Shown here: positions 51,648 to 64,000 of the stretch, piece by piece
Position numbering within the stretch: position 1 is the first letter of the stretch
Layout of the letters: each line of letters starts with the position of its first letter
Origin: Isurus oxyrinchus
Lineage: Eukaryota
Length of the DNA stretch: 64,000 nt
Direction: 5' to 3'
Assembly: GCA_026770705.1 (NCBI GenBank)
Contig: JANJGN010000038.1
Location: 4,774,001 to 4,838,000, forward strand
Notes under the pieces: model-generated
The model's database searches: none
What the model was told of the DNA's origin: nothing
The model's input: only the letters and a program-made list of their open reading frames with translations
Made by a program: the position numbers and the translations under genes

Positions 51648-53614
51648 TAACAATAAAATCCAACATGAGTCATAATGTGTGTTCCATCCATTGCTGCTTT
51701 TGTTTATCTCACACAAAAGTTTTGTCTCCCAGAAGCAGCGTCATTTTCTTTGAGTCCCTTTTCCTCCGTGTGAATTTAACAATGTATAAAGAATGTTGCC
51801 TGCTCCCAGTTAGTTTTTAGTTGTCTTCCTCGTGCTAGCAGGGGCCTGGTACATCCCTACCAGCCCCCAGGGCCTTGGAAATCCATGTGGGAGACAAAGA
51901 GTCCGGCTTAGATCTGATATTGGATACCAAAATTTAACAATTTAAGGTAGGAACCTCAATGTTATTGCTTTGTGTGGTTTATACCTTATAGGTAAAAGGC
52001 GTTCTGAAACGGTAACAAATGCTGCTCCCATGCATTGTTCTCAACTCACTAGTCACCGCTTCACACTCGCTATCCCTTGTCATTAAACATAGGAATAAGG
52101 GGCAGGAAAAAAATGAACAACAGTAATTCGCCTTCTACACTTTCAATCGGACAATTATGATGACATTTCCAGTGTTATCAAACAGCATAAATCGAGTCTA
52201 ACAACAGTGTCTTATTTTCAACGGGCATCAATCATGAACAACAGAATTATTAAAAATAACTCATCAAATGTAATGGCAAATTCAGAATTTTATGGCCCCT
52301 CTCGGCGGCGAGATTTTTTGGTTCTGCAAATGCCAATGAGCTTTTGAATGACTCGCCACATTTTACAGCACTGCCGCTCCCCACTGACCATGCACAAACA
52401 CATTTCTTTCCATCCTGATAGCCACAAAATGTCACGCCAGAGATATTATGGGCTACTCATTGCAACAAATCATTATCCCAATCTCGGGTGAGTACTGCAC
52501 ATGCGCTTGGGGTATGGCAGTTCTCCTGCTCCCCAAGTGCAAAATGCGGCACAGGTCTCAATATTTGTCACTGTTGCCAGCGGAAGATCGTGAGTAAGGA
52601 AATAATTATTTGTTATACCTCGAAAGGTCTTTCAATGTCAGGCGGAAACTGATCCATTAGCCTTCGCTTTATATGCCCTTTGTCCAGATTATTAAATAAC
52701 CCCAGATGTGATTAACATCATTAGTAAGAACATAATTGAAATTCTGCTGCTACTTGAAATTTCACTCATTTGTCAGCAATTGAAATGCACGAATGAGTCA
52801 CTCGCCAACTACATATCATTTGAAAGGTTTTTCCTACGTCTACCTCTTGAACATAACGGACTGCAAGAAGAAGAAACATCTTCCCTGTTCCCTTGTTAAC
52901 ATCTTCCCTGCTCCATGCAGCATGTGAACGACTTCTTCTCAGTTGGAATATATCGATAAATTTGCAGTCGGGCTGAGGAAGCAAGTCCCATCCTGCAGTG
53001 TCCTCATTTGCAATGTTTCGCAGTATACCGCATCCTTGTGCTACTGAGGTTGGATGATTAGTTGAAACTTCGTCCAGTCATTGAAAACGTGCAAGACCTC
53101 TCCCCAATGTGAATGGTGCGATGGGTTTATTTATTCATGCTGTGCTAACTAGTGAAAACTTTGTCCACATCCATTGCATTGGAGCACTCTCTGTCCAGTG
53201 TGCATCACATTCTTTTTGCTGTCACACTGACGTTTGAAATATAGTCACACTTACCATACTGGCGACCATTTTTCCAATCTGCTTGGTTCTGTTTTACGCC
53301 TCCTTGTTCCCTTCTCGCTGCTTTGCAGAAATTGCTGACTATAGCTGGTTTCTGGTTTCAGTTATGCATTGACCAGTGCAATTTTGGATCCTATCCCGAA
53401 GTTGTTGACCCATAGCAAATGGAGAAGGATATTCTGGTCCTGGAATCTTCCCTGGTCTTCAATTAGTGCACTGATAATATGCAGAATGTCTCTATTTGGA
53501 CACCTAAGTTTAAAGCAGTTGGTACCAAATCCTATCAATCTCAGTTTTGATATTTTCACTTGAACTCTAGTCTCTATGTCTCGTTGGTAGACAATTACCT
53601 TGGTGTATGTTGGA

Positions 53615-54150
53615 ATAGTGGTCAGGTTCATGGACTAGTAAATCTGAAGGCAAGGTTAGTGATTCAAGGACGAAAATGTACATCCCACCACGTCAACTGA
53701 TGAACATAAATTCAGTTCACGAAAGTAAGCTGAAAATTAAAAAAGAGCAATTATGAATGATGACCATGAAACTACAGCATTCTCATGAATTAGCACAATC
53801 CGTTTCATTCATATACTTTCGTGAAGGAATTCAGTTGTCTTTCCCAAGTTTGGCCTCTATGTGACGCTATGCCCAGGGAGATGCAGTGGAGTAACAACTT
53901 CCCCCTTAACTGGCCTAGCAAGCGGGAGAAAATGTTTGAAACTAGAACCGATGGAACACCCGGCATCGAGCTAAGCACCAGAAACAACAAAAAGACAGTC
54001 AGCTCTGTCGATCCTGTAAAGTCTTCTTCACACACATGCGGATGCATGAGATCTGCCCCAGAGAGCATCCAGGCAGCAGGCTGACATAATCATATTTCGA
54101 ATCGTACTGTTCAGCCAATATTCCAGGTTTCTATCACCATTCAGAGTTAC
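53615..54150 (+). mobile_element. Deu-domain SINE-like sequence followed by a LINE 5' fragment
   Basis: Same head and core as the other copies (tgaccatgaaact...ggcctctatgtgac...cttaactggcctagcaag). Confidence 0.55.
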
Positions 54151-55619
54151 GTTCGGCCATACCGCGAAAAAAATATCTTAAAGTGTTGGGCGTTTTTGTC
54201 CACAACTAGAAAGTGACCTGCACCAAACTGGCCCAATGACAATTAAATAATGATTAAGTTCAAATACCTCTTTGATGTTTATTTAGAACAATTAGATCTC
54301 CTGACCTTAAATAAACTTGTTATCTTTAAAAGAGCCGAACCTTTCCACTCAAAATGAATGTCCATATTGATTGGTTAGTTTCTCTGTCACTATCAAACAA
54401 CGTGGCGTTTCCGTTTGCATATTTGCTGTTAGTCTTGGAGCCGATGCAATTATGCTGCAGGACACCCATCACAAAACATGTGTCACACTTTGTTACAAAT
54501 ACATAAGAATTTTTTATAGACGAGAGTTCTGGCGACGGAACAAGAAGCGTAAACTTAAAGTAAAAAGTAATTATCCTCTTGGTTGGATTTGTGCATTTTG
54601 AGAAATTGCTATTAAAGTGGACGTCTGGTTAGCAGTTACATGTAACAATTGTGTTTCACCTCTGAGACGACACGTAAACAACAATGCCCGATATCTAGCT
54701 TAGTAAACTTACAGATCGACTTCTATTTCAAAGTCTTTTCTTAATTACATGTTCATTTGAACTTTGTGAAATTAAGAAGACTTCATGATTTAAATTAGTG
54801 TGTTTTCTATGATCGGCCGGAGTCTACAAAACAGGGATTGGAAATTATATGTAGCAAAGCAAAAAGAGGTTAATAAATCAATGAAACAGAATTGCTCTGT
54901 TTTAAGCCACACCTTGGTCCATATCTCATCTCGGTTTAATGATGTGCTTGAATCCCTGATTACTTTAATTGTCCCACTTAAGGTATTTGAACAAAGCGTT
55001 GGTTGTAAAAAGTGATACTGTAATTAAGCCATTAGAGCCAGTAATCACAAGCTGAAAAAGATGAAAGTAATTCAAAGGCAACTATGTAACATGGAAATAA
55101 ATCTGAAAATCTCATAAAGAAACAAAAAGAAAAAACGCTGGAAGTTATCAATCGCTTCACCAGCTCCTTGACAAAAACATATTCACTGAACTGGGTACAA
55201 TACACAGGGACCTGTGACAGTGCCGTGTCTATTTTAAAATAATTATCTATAAATAACATTTAAAGCAGCGGTAATATGATGCTTTTCTAGTAAACTTCTA
55301 AATAATCCCTTGCGGAGCTCTGTTCCCTGCAGAGAGAGAATTGTTAAATTTATGGGTGAATCAACATTATTTTTAAGGGACAGTGAACTTTGCATTCAGG
55401 GGACCTTAATGATTGAATTTAGGAGAAGATGATCATTGTAGTTAGGGGACATTTAAAGATTTTATTTAGCAGCCAGTGATCATTATGGTTATGGTACAGT
55501 GGTCATTGTTTTAGGAGACAGTGAAAATTGTATTAGGGGACAGATATCATTCCATTTACAGGGCAGAGAGCATTGTATTTAGGGTCAGAGCAGACTATAT
55601 TCAGGGAGCCATTGTCATT

Positions 55620-56760
55620 TTCACCGAACTTCCGAATTCGGTACGTGGGGGTGGGAGGGGTTGTGCGCAGTAAGTGCCCCAGAAGATGCACCCGGGGTCC
55701 CCACAGGAAATTCTCATATAAACATTACACAGATATTGCACAGGAACTTCAAACTTCCGATGGGAAATTATCCTGGATGCCTTGGAATCATCTAAAAATC
55801 AAATTTAAATTGCAGAGCATACGTAGCTCCACCACTCTTAGCAGAACAGGTATCCAGGAAAAGTTAGGAGATTTGAAATAATTTCCTACTTCCCGATTCC
55901 CCACTTGACCCCGAATATTCCCCTCCACCATTCCTCACTCGGTTGCCCTGATTATCCTCCTGACAGCCCGACTACCTTCCTACCCCGGACTACAACCCCA
56001 TCCCCCAGAATAACCCCACTAAAAAAACACCACCCGATTATTCCTCCCTCCACAAATCGTCTCACCCATGCCTCGACTGACCATTAGACACCCACAGACA
56101 CAAAATACCCCTGGACTAATTCTACACCCTCCGACCTATCCTACCTACTCCACCTATCCTAATCCCAACGTATCCTATTCCCCTGAACGATGCTACCACC
56201 CTACCCTTCCTATCCCATTCCACCTACACTAAACCCGGGACCATCCTATGCCCCTGACCCATCCTGCCCCACTCAACTCATCCAACCAGCCAGCCACAGA
56301 TTACATCACTGAACCATCCTACCATACTCCACCATTCTACCCCTGATCCATCCATCCAGAATGGCAGTCCCAACCCCACTCCTACCTCCTACCCATCATA
56401 CAGCACTCCAAGTATCATACCCTGAATCATCCAATTCTCCTAGCCCAACCTACACCCCTCAACCCATCCTGCCTCCAAGAACTATCCTACAGTCTGGACT
56501 ATTCTAACCCACTGGACCTATACTACCCACTCTACCTCCCCGACCCAACAGACATCCTCAACCAGCCAACCCGTCCGACCATGTCTGTCCCGAGCTATCC
56601 TGCCCCACTTGAGCTGGACTACAAGCCCGATCATTCCTCAACTGCCAACGAAACCTACTCCTGACACAAGTTACACTACGTCAACTGTTCACAACACCTT
56701 ACACATTCTGTCAGTTCAAAGCATCCTAACTCACGCCGGCTTTTCTAATCCTGATCTACT
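55620..56760 (+). repeat. Single arm of the same element with C-rich low-complexity tail
   Basis: caggaacttcaaacttccga...gcagaacaggtatccagga matches 62480-62600, followed by ccc.ga/cctac-rich sequence. Confidence 0.55.
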
Positions 56761-56779
56761 CTTCCCCTGACACATCCAT

Positions 56780-57420
56780 TGACTAGAAACTGAACTGGGC
56801 TAGCCATCTAAACACTGTGGCTACAAGAGCAGGTAAGAGGCTAGGAATGCTGTGTCGATTAACTCACCTCCTGATTCCCCAAAGCCTGCCCACCACCTAC
56901 TAGGTGCAAGTCAAGAGTGTAATTAAATACTTCCCACTTGCCTGGATGAGTGCTGCTGCAACAACGCTCACGAAGCTTGACACCATCCAGGACAAAGCAG
57001 CCCGCGGGATTGACCCCCCATCCACAAATATTCACTCCCTCCACCACCGGTGCACAGTGGCAGCACTATTTGCCATCTACAAGATGCGCTGCAGGAATTC
57101 ACCTTAGACTGCACCTTCCAAACTCACGGCCACTACCTTCTTGAATGACAAGGGCAGCAGATATATGGGAACTCCAACAACTGGAATTTCCCCTCCAAGT
57201 CACTCATCATACTGACTTGGAAATATGTCGCTGTTCCTTCAATGTCTCTGGGTCAATATCCTGGATCTCCCTCCCTAACAGAAACATAGGTGTACCTACA
57301 CTACATGGATCACAGCAGTTCAAGAAAGCAGCTCATTAACACCATGTTCTCAAGGGCAATTACGGGTGGGCATTAAATGCTGACTGGACCTTGGACACCC
57401 ACATCCATGAATGAATAAAA
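56780..57420 (+). mobile_element. Family B LINE, 3' fragment
   Basis: QVKSVIKYFPLAWMSAAATTLTKLDTIQDKAA...SLHHRCTVAA, homologous to 12.3-13.5 kb. Further pieces at about 10250-10610(-), 25420-25830(+) and 38870-39170(+). Confidence 0.8.
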
Positions 57421-60272
57421 AAACTGTTACAGAAGCATCACTTTACCCTTTGACTTTTTAACTGATATTGTGCCTAATTGTGATGAAGTATTGATATCCG
57501 ACTCCAACATTGACGGAGTAAATGACGCTTTGGTCAATTACGTTGAGTGACCACATGTGTTGGGCTCCATATCCTCTTGCAAGTAATTGACCAATTCCCT
57601 TTTGAAGAATTTTCTGCGGAGTGCTCGCACAGATTGCCTGAATAAACAAACTTTCCTGATGGAAAGACACGAAGAGTTGGGCTTGTGATTCTTATACAGT
57701 TTTCGACATATGCAGTGTTTACTCGTGCAATTGAATTCATACCAAAGAGCCAAAAGTCGTTTTTTTCTGATCAAGAGGGTTTTCATTACTCTGAATGGAT
57801 ATGCACAATGTAAGTCTATTTACTGTACCGTGAACTGAGGCTGTAACAGAAAAGGAGAAAAGCTTTGCTACAGCTGTACAAATCCCTGGTTAGATTACAT
57901 GCTGGATTCCTTGTATATTTCTGGGAACGGAACATTAGAAATGTTAAACATTGGTCTAGAAGCAGGCCGGCACTGATCTACCAGAATGCTTGGAAGGTTT
58001 TAATAATTAGACTCAGGCGCCATGCCAGTTATTACAGCAGGACAACTGTTTGTTTCCGCCTGGTGCCTCAGCTTGTAATGAATTTCAGGATGTTAGAATC
58101 TATGTCCAGCAAATATCCAAATCTATAAGTAATTTTACTCAATCATTAGTAATACCATCCAAATTCAAACAACTGTACTCAGTATCTGTACCATGATTCA
58201 ATGTTTAAAATCAAAGTTGTAATATTTGTATTCTCATTTGGAAATTAGGCACTCCCCACTTTGCAACACAGAACGAGTTGTAAACCTGGCGGAGTTGCAC
58301 CATTTGTTGCAGCAAAGAAACAACTCCGGCCTGGAGTGCTGCTTTCAAAGGTCAGTTGTGATCGGTTGATCAGAAGTAATGTGTGCATCTGTGTAAACAG
58401 CAAGCAGAAACATCTGTCCCCATTGCAACCCATATTCAGCCTTACACCACCATCTTTAGTCAGTTAACTTTTTGTGCATTGCGCATTATCAAAGCCCATC
58501 TCACTCCTTTCCTTCACTTCTACTCTCCGCCTCTATAGCTGTTCTCGACCAGTGGACACGTGAATTTTCCAAAACCTGATGCGAAATTTTAACTCTCAAC
58601 CCTCGTTTCATTCTTTCAATCAATAAGTAATTCAGGCTAGTTTTGACAATTCGCATGATATCAAGTGTTGTGACTAGCCAATCTGGTAATTCGTGTTTTC
58701 TTTTAGTTTTAGTAATAATAATTGTTGTGGGGAAGCATGGATTTGTGTAGTGGGTAAACAATAATTACAGTTCACTGGATAGTCCATGTCTGCATAAAGA
58801 GGCCAGATCTGCCAGTGTGAAATCCTTAAAGAATAGGCAGCTTTTCGTGGTGTGGACGTACTATCTGCAGTTGTCTTCATAAGGGGTTCAAGCAGTCATG
58901 CAGCTCCCAGATCAAAGAAACTAAAAGTGCCAGAGAAGGCATTAGGGTTTGTGTATTAGAGAGGCCCCGGTTTTTGGGCCACATCACTTTGTTTCGGCTA
59001 ATTTCCTTTTTGTGTCATCGAGGCCCCAATGTCCCACGGGTTCTGCTCCCTCTCAAGCCTGAGGGAATACAAATTCTAGCGAAAGCTTGTAGAATTTCTG
59101 TTCAATAGTATGTCTATATCAGATCTGCATTGGTCCCAATCTCTCGGAATCGTTCTCATGTTTTTTGCCCGGTTCAGCATCAGAGGGCCGACAAGATTTT
59201 GTCTCGATGGTGTTTATGTGCCATATATTTCCCGGCCTCTAGGAATTAGCCTATGGTTGTGCAAACGGCAATATCAGTGTTATATATCGGCTCTGCAACT
59301 GCTCTGCTTTGTAAGTGTTTAGCCGGACAGTGCGGGGGGGGGGGGGGGGGTGGTGGGTGTGGGGGGGCGGGGCGGTGGTGGCGTGGGGGGGGCACTTTAC
59401 TCCGTGCCTAACCAGAGCTGTAGAGGCCTGGGAATATTTTATGTGATATGTAAAGAACGTATTCTTCCTCAAACATTGTGCTGCATTAACCTCTGAGGAA
59501 GAGTGCCGTTATTATTTAGAACGACCCGACGCTGACTGTGACAGATCAGAGACGTCACTGAGTTGCTCTTCGCCGTTCCATCATTCTGTTTCTGGTTTTC
59601 ACCATAAAAGGGAAGGGGTAAACATTTCTTTACACGGGTGGGGCGTTGTGTGGAGAATCGCTCTTTGACTGAAGGGCCTCGAGTTCAAACACTTTGCAGA
59701 CAGGAATCGTGATAAATACCAGTCGGGAAAGGAGGAAAACGTGAAATAGGGAAAATGCAGCCATGTCGATGAAGCGAGGAGAAATGAATTCAGCAAAGTC
59801 ATACTTGATGCAATTATCATTCAAGATTTATTAACAATTTCAGAGCATGTTTTATAGAAATGGTTCATTTAAAGGTCACAAAAGTGAATTTATCGTTCGA
59901 GCGTCACATTGAGACAACCCCATATGCTCTGAGCTGCCAACTGTAAGTAGAAGTGTAACATAAGCCAGAAAGAGAAAACAGAAATTTAGCATAAAGGGAA
60001 GGGGACAACAGCGAAAGAAAAGTCATATTTACAAATGCAATTCAAGCTATAGTGAAATTATAAGTTACAGTTATTTTAAAATAATAATTATCTCGCGCAT
60101 TTCAGACAGAAAGGCGGAAATACTGTCCACGAATGTCTCAATTACAGATTCAGAATCATAAAATGAAGACATTTCACTGTTAGCGTCACCAGGAGAACAT
60201 ATTTTAAAGTCACAATACAGAGATCTCAATAAACAACTGAGGAACAGCCAAGGAGGTCCGAAAATCAACCGA

Positions 60273-60281
60273 TCACTTAAA
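60273..60281 (-). CDS. IGHM: IgM membrane exon TM2, copy B (FK-stop)
   Basis: Acceptor ttttctccctcttttacag|TTT AAG TGA, 131 nt after TM1 and homologous to copy A. AATAAA on the minus strand at 59832-59827. Confidence 0.75.
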   Translation of the reverse strand, partial: FK

Positions 60282-60412
60282 CTGTAAAAGAGGGAGAAAA
60301 TATTGCAGCAGATATTAATGACCTGGGACATTTATGTTGGAGTTTTCAATCAGTGTAATATTTGGAGATTTTTCCTGTCATATTGATGTGTGAGTGGATT
60401 GAATCTTCTCAC

Positions 60413-60540
60413 CATCACCAGAGTGACGGCAGCGCCATAGAAAATGCTCAAGAAGAACAGGGCGATGAATGTGGAAGCAGTGGTCCAGATGTTCCCGTTA
60501 TTGTCCTCAGAGTCTTTAATCCAGATGTGGCCCGTGGAAT
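60413..60540 (-). CDS. IGHM: IgM heavy-chain membrane exon TM1, copy B
   Basis: (D)STGHIWIKDSEDNNGNIWTTASTFIALFFLSIFYGAAVTLVM, 128 nt. Acceptor atccctctag, donor GTGAGA. The canonical WTTASTF...LSIFY antigen-receptor TM motif is retained. Confidence 0.88.
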
Positions 60541-61639
60541 CTAGAGGGATGTAGCCAAGGAAATGTTTTAATATGCATATTAATCCAGGACGCCCCATTA
60601 TCTTTTGCACATACATTCTGTTGTATCTTCCTCAAGCTTTTGGCTTAGTTTCGAATTAAATTTTCATGCATGCCTATTATTACATCAGTGGCTCTCAGTA
60701 ATCTTTGTCTGTTACTAACAACAGAGCCGTTCTTGCTTTACATTCCGTATACTGTCCATATCAGTACATTGTATTTTCAAAGATTCAGTGCCAATGTGTT
60801 TTGGATCAATTTCATATGACCTATTACTGGATTACGCAGGAAAATTAGTAGTTCAAAACGGTTATTTTAACGATAGGTACTTATGGCTACTAAATGCAGG
60901 CTCTGGGTCTTATCACTTATGTGATCAGTTGGGGAATCTCATCTTCTTTCATAATTTGTGATGGAAATGCTTGGAAAATCATTCACTTAACTCAGTTTCT
61001 AAGTGAGAGCGTTGTTTCAATGTATTTGCAGGGTGTGCATGTTATTGGAAGTATTATTGGAGGATACAACTGTTAAGTACAAACAAAGGATTATAATCTC
61101 GGCCCGGAGAGAACAAAGTCCTGTTTTATGGAGCTGATTAGGATGAAGCTGGACCATCATTTTCCAGACCTTCTCCCAAAAGCACATTCCAGAAAGAGGT
61201 AGACAATGATTTCTCTGATCCCAGCTCTTTCAAGGACAGAATGGGTGCATGTTAGATTCTGGGCTGACAGGGTGGATCTGAAAGGGGAATCCCGTCTCAC
61301 CAAAAACTAACGATATTCATGTTGATGGTTTGAAGATTTATAAAGGAAGCTTTCATCAGCTGCGGAATATGAAACACGATGGCCGAGAAGTGGTAATCAG
61401 CTTTGGATGGCCATTCCGCCATTTTCAACGTTCCCTGCCCCGCAGCTCCACATTTCTCACCTGCACTTCAGAACAGGGTTTCAAGGGAACAGTGGGGTGT
61501 AAAGTCCTCCTTCCTCGTACAGGAATGTCGGGGAAAGCTGAGCCAGAGCATTTCTGTAGCTCTAGCTACCGTTTAGCAGTAGCTTTACTGATTCCAAAAC
61601 CAGAATGGCACAGCGCAGACAGAAGTTCAGTGTGCAAGA

Positions 61640-63150
61640 CAGCAGGGTCAGGTAGTCGGGTGGCAAGTAAAGGGGTGAGGGAATAGGGTAGTTCGAGGGA
61701 TATCAGGGAGTTCGAGGTTGTCGACATTTAGTGGGGGAAGGGGGCTAGACAATTGGACGGGGGGGTGGTTAGCCGGTGGGTGTTCAGGTGCTAAGTAGGC
61801 AGCGTGGGGTGGGAGTGTGGGTAGCATTTGGGTTATCTGGAGGGTTGTCTGGGGTAGGGGGAGATTCGGGTATTCGGGAGGGTAGTCGGGGGTTGGGTGT
61901 AATGGGAATGTGGGGGATTAGTTTGGGGATGGGGGTTGTCCCCGTCGTCTCAGCGGCAGTTGAATTTTCAATGTATTGGTCAGGGTATGGGTAATTGGGT
62001 TTTGGATGGTAGTCGGGGACCTGGGTCACACTCGGGCTGTCTGGACAGTAATTGGGGTGTCCATTTCAGAGTTGGAGATCTGAATTCTGGTTACTCAGGA
62101 GCTGGAACTGGTATTAATCATTCTCACGTTTCCTGGGTACCTATTCTGCTAAGTATGCCAGGACAATCCAACTCCTCCAAATCTAACTCAGGGTTCTGGA
62201 ACGTTCCAGATGCAGTACTAATTGCCCAAAGGATGTGGAAAATCCGGAGGAAGTTGCCGGGCAGTCCTGAAGTGGGGACGTACAAGGGATCGAACACTGC
62301 ATCTCTCTGGTACCTGGGGGTCAGGCCATCCACTGGTCAGATCTGGGACATATTGAAAATACATTCTGATCTCCGTAGGGCCGCAGCCATGAGGCACCCC
62401 AAAGATGCTGTGGGAGAAGCACAACCTCCACCATCCGCCCCCGGTCCGGAAGCCCCCATATGAGGGCTGCATGGGTATTGACCGGAAAATTCAAACTTCT
62501 GAAGAACATCAGGAACCATCCAAACCATCCGACACGTGGATTTAAATGGGAAACTTCAGTTCGTTATGCCTGTCCCGGCAGAATAGTTTCCCAGGAGGAG
62601 TGAGAAGAACGAAAATCGCTTCTAACTCCTGGGTCACTATAGAAATGAGAACCCCGACCCCCCACTGGAAACATCAACTATATCTCCCACCTCCCCGACT
62701 GCTGAAACTCCCCTGCCTATCCTCTTAACCCGCCCCTGACTACGCCCCATTACCTTCCCCAACCCCTGATAACCCTCCCGCCCCCAGGCTGCCCTCCCAA
62801 CAATCGACAATCCACAAGCACCCGATTGCACCCTCACCCAGTTAGGACCCAACCAACCTCGCGAATACTCCTGATAACCTTCCAAACACCCTCCCAACAC
62901 ATCGAGTACTCGCCAAGCATGACATCGACAATCTCCGCCGATTCCCCAAACACCCTGCAGACCCCTCATTACCCCATAAGCCTTCCAGCCCCCTGTACAG
63001 CCCAGGGTATCACTCTAACACCTCGACAACCATCCCAACCACGCCGAATTCTCTCCTGGTATCCAAATGCATCCATCCTGGACACACCCGATGATTCCAA
63101 CACTGCCCCCCACCCTCACCCCCAGCGGCCAATCACCTCCATCTCCAATC
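61640..63150. repeat. Large imperfect inverted repeat with G-rich left arm and C-rich right arm (non-autonomous element family)
   Basis: tcctgggtacctattctgctaag (62131) is the inverse of gcagaatagtttcccagga (62578). A related single arm lies at 55620-56760. Confidence 0.6.
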
Positions 63151-64000
63151 CTGGAAAATTGGATTCTGGATGTCTGATATCTAATAGCAGTAGTTTTCCT
63201 TATCCATGTTTGATTTGATGTTCTCTGATGTCATGAGACTTGATGGATTCTGCAGCAGATGTTGAGAACTCCCAAGGCCCTCCTTCCAGAATATACACCA
63301 CTGTACTGGCATCACCGAAGGTTCTAGCCTGTTGGGTTATGTTGCTTCCCAACTCGATTTATTTCCAATTAAAGCATTCCAAATCATATTTTTTGCAGTA
63401 AATTCCATATCTCATGCGCCTGGCATTCCAGCTGTCTTTCCTGAATTATGTCAACTAGCCTGCACACAGTTTTCTCCATATCCATGTCTTGTGCTATCGG
63501 CAAAGCTTAAATTTTTACCCTTTGTTCCCGTGTCCATATGACTAACAGATATCACAAATGACAATTGACACCGATACTTGTGGGACACTGTGTTAACTTG
63601 CTTCACGATGCAAAACCATTGGGACCCACGAATACCATCCCGTCTATTACTTCAGAGAAAAGTTCCGTCAAGTTTGTCTATTTTGCCTTATTACAAATCC
63701 ATGTTAGCTGTCGGTTATTAACCGAAAATCTTCAAATTCACCATTAAAATTGCCCCGATTCTGCCCACTGTACGTTCACCTGGCAGCAATGTTAGGCTGA
63801 CTGATTGTAATGCAGCAATGATTTTCACACAGGATAGGAAATGTCTCTGTGGTGAATTTGTATGGGTGCTTCTAGATTGTCATGTGACATTCAATGTCAA
63901 CATGCTTCATTAACATTCAACATCATAACGTGAGAAAAGTGCAACTTTTAAGAATATTGTAAGATATCATGGGGGTAATGTTTCCTGTTGAATAAGTTTT

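Noticed and set aside
61776-63218. Several 70-175 aa ORFs
   Set aside because: They arise from stop-poor G/C-skewed repeat arms; no protein family signature.
63838-63876. GNVSVVNLYGCF* resembling an Ig secretory tailpiece
   Set aside because: Opposite strand to the TM exons, an in-frame stop just upstream, no CH domain, and NVS-to-Cys spacing too short.

Overview
Eukaryotic, repeat-rich DNA, very probably from a cartilaginous fish (shark-type CR1/HER1 LINEs, Deu-domain SINEs, Penelope-derived palindromes, horn-shark-like IgM transmembrane exons). No rRNA, tRNA or CRISPR. The window interleaves three gene types. (1) One TCR alpha/delta-type V segment with leader and 23-RSS (minus strand, 1.7-2.6 kb). 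(2) A cluster of two-exon class A GPCRs of the GPR139/GPR142/FMRFamide-receptor-like group: two intact on the plus strand, one with a nonsense codon on the minus strand, and one truncated exon-2 relic. (3) Two paralogous IgM membrane-exon pairs (TM1+TM2, minus strand) with no recognisable CH, J, D or VH segments in the window. The GPCR promoters carry homeodomain and Olf/EBF motifs like those of olfactory receptor promoters. Two of the receptors have lost the canonical TM3 cysteine and gained a second ECL2 cysteine. Family assignments come from motif recognition and recall, not database searches. Repeat boundaries are approximate.
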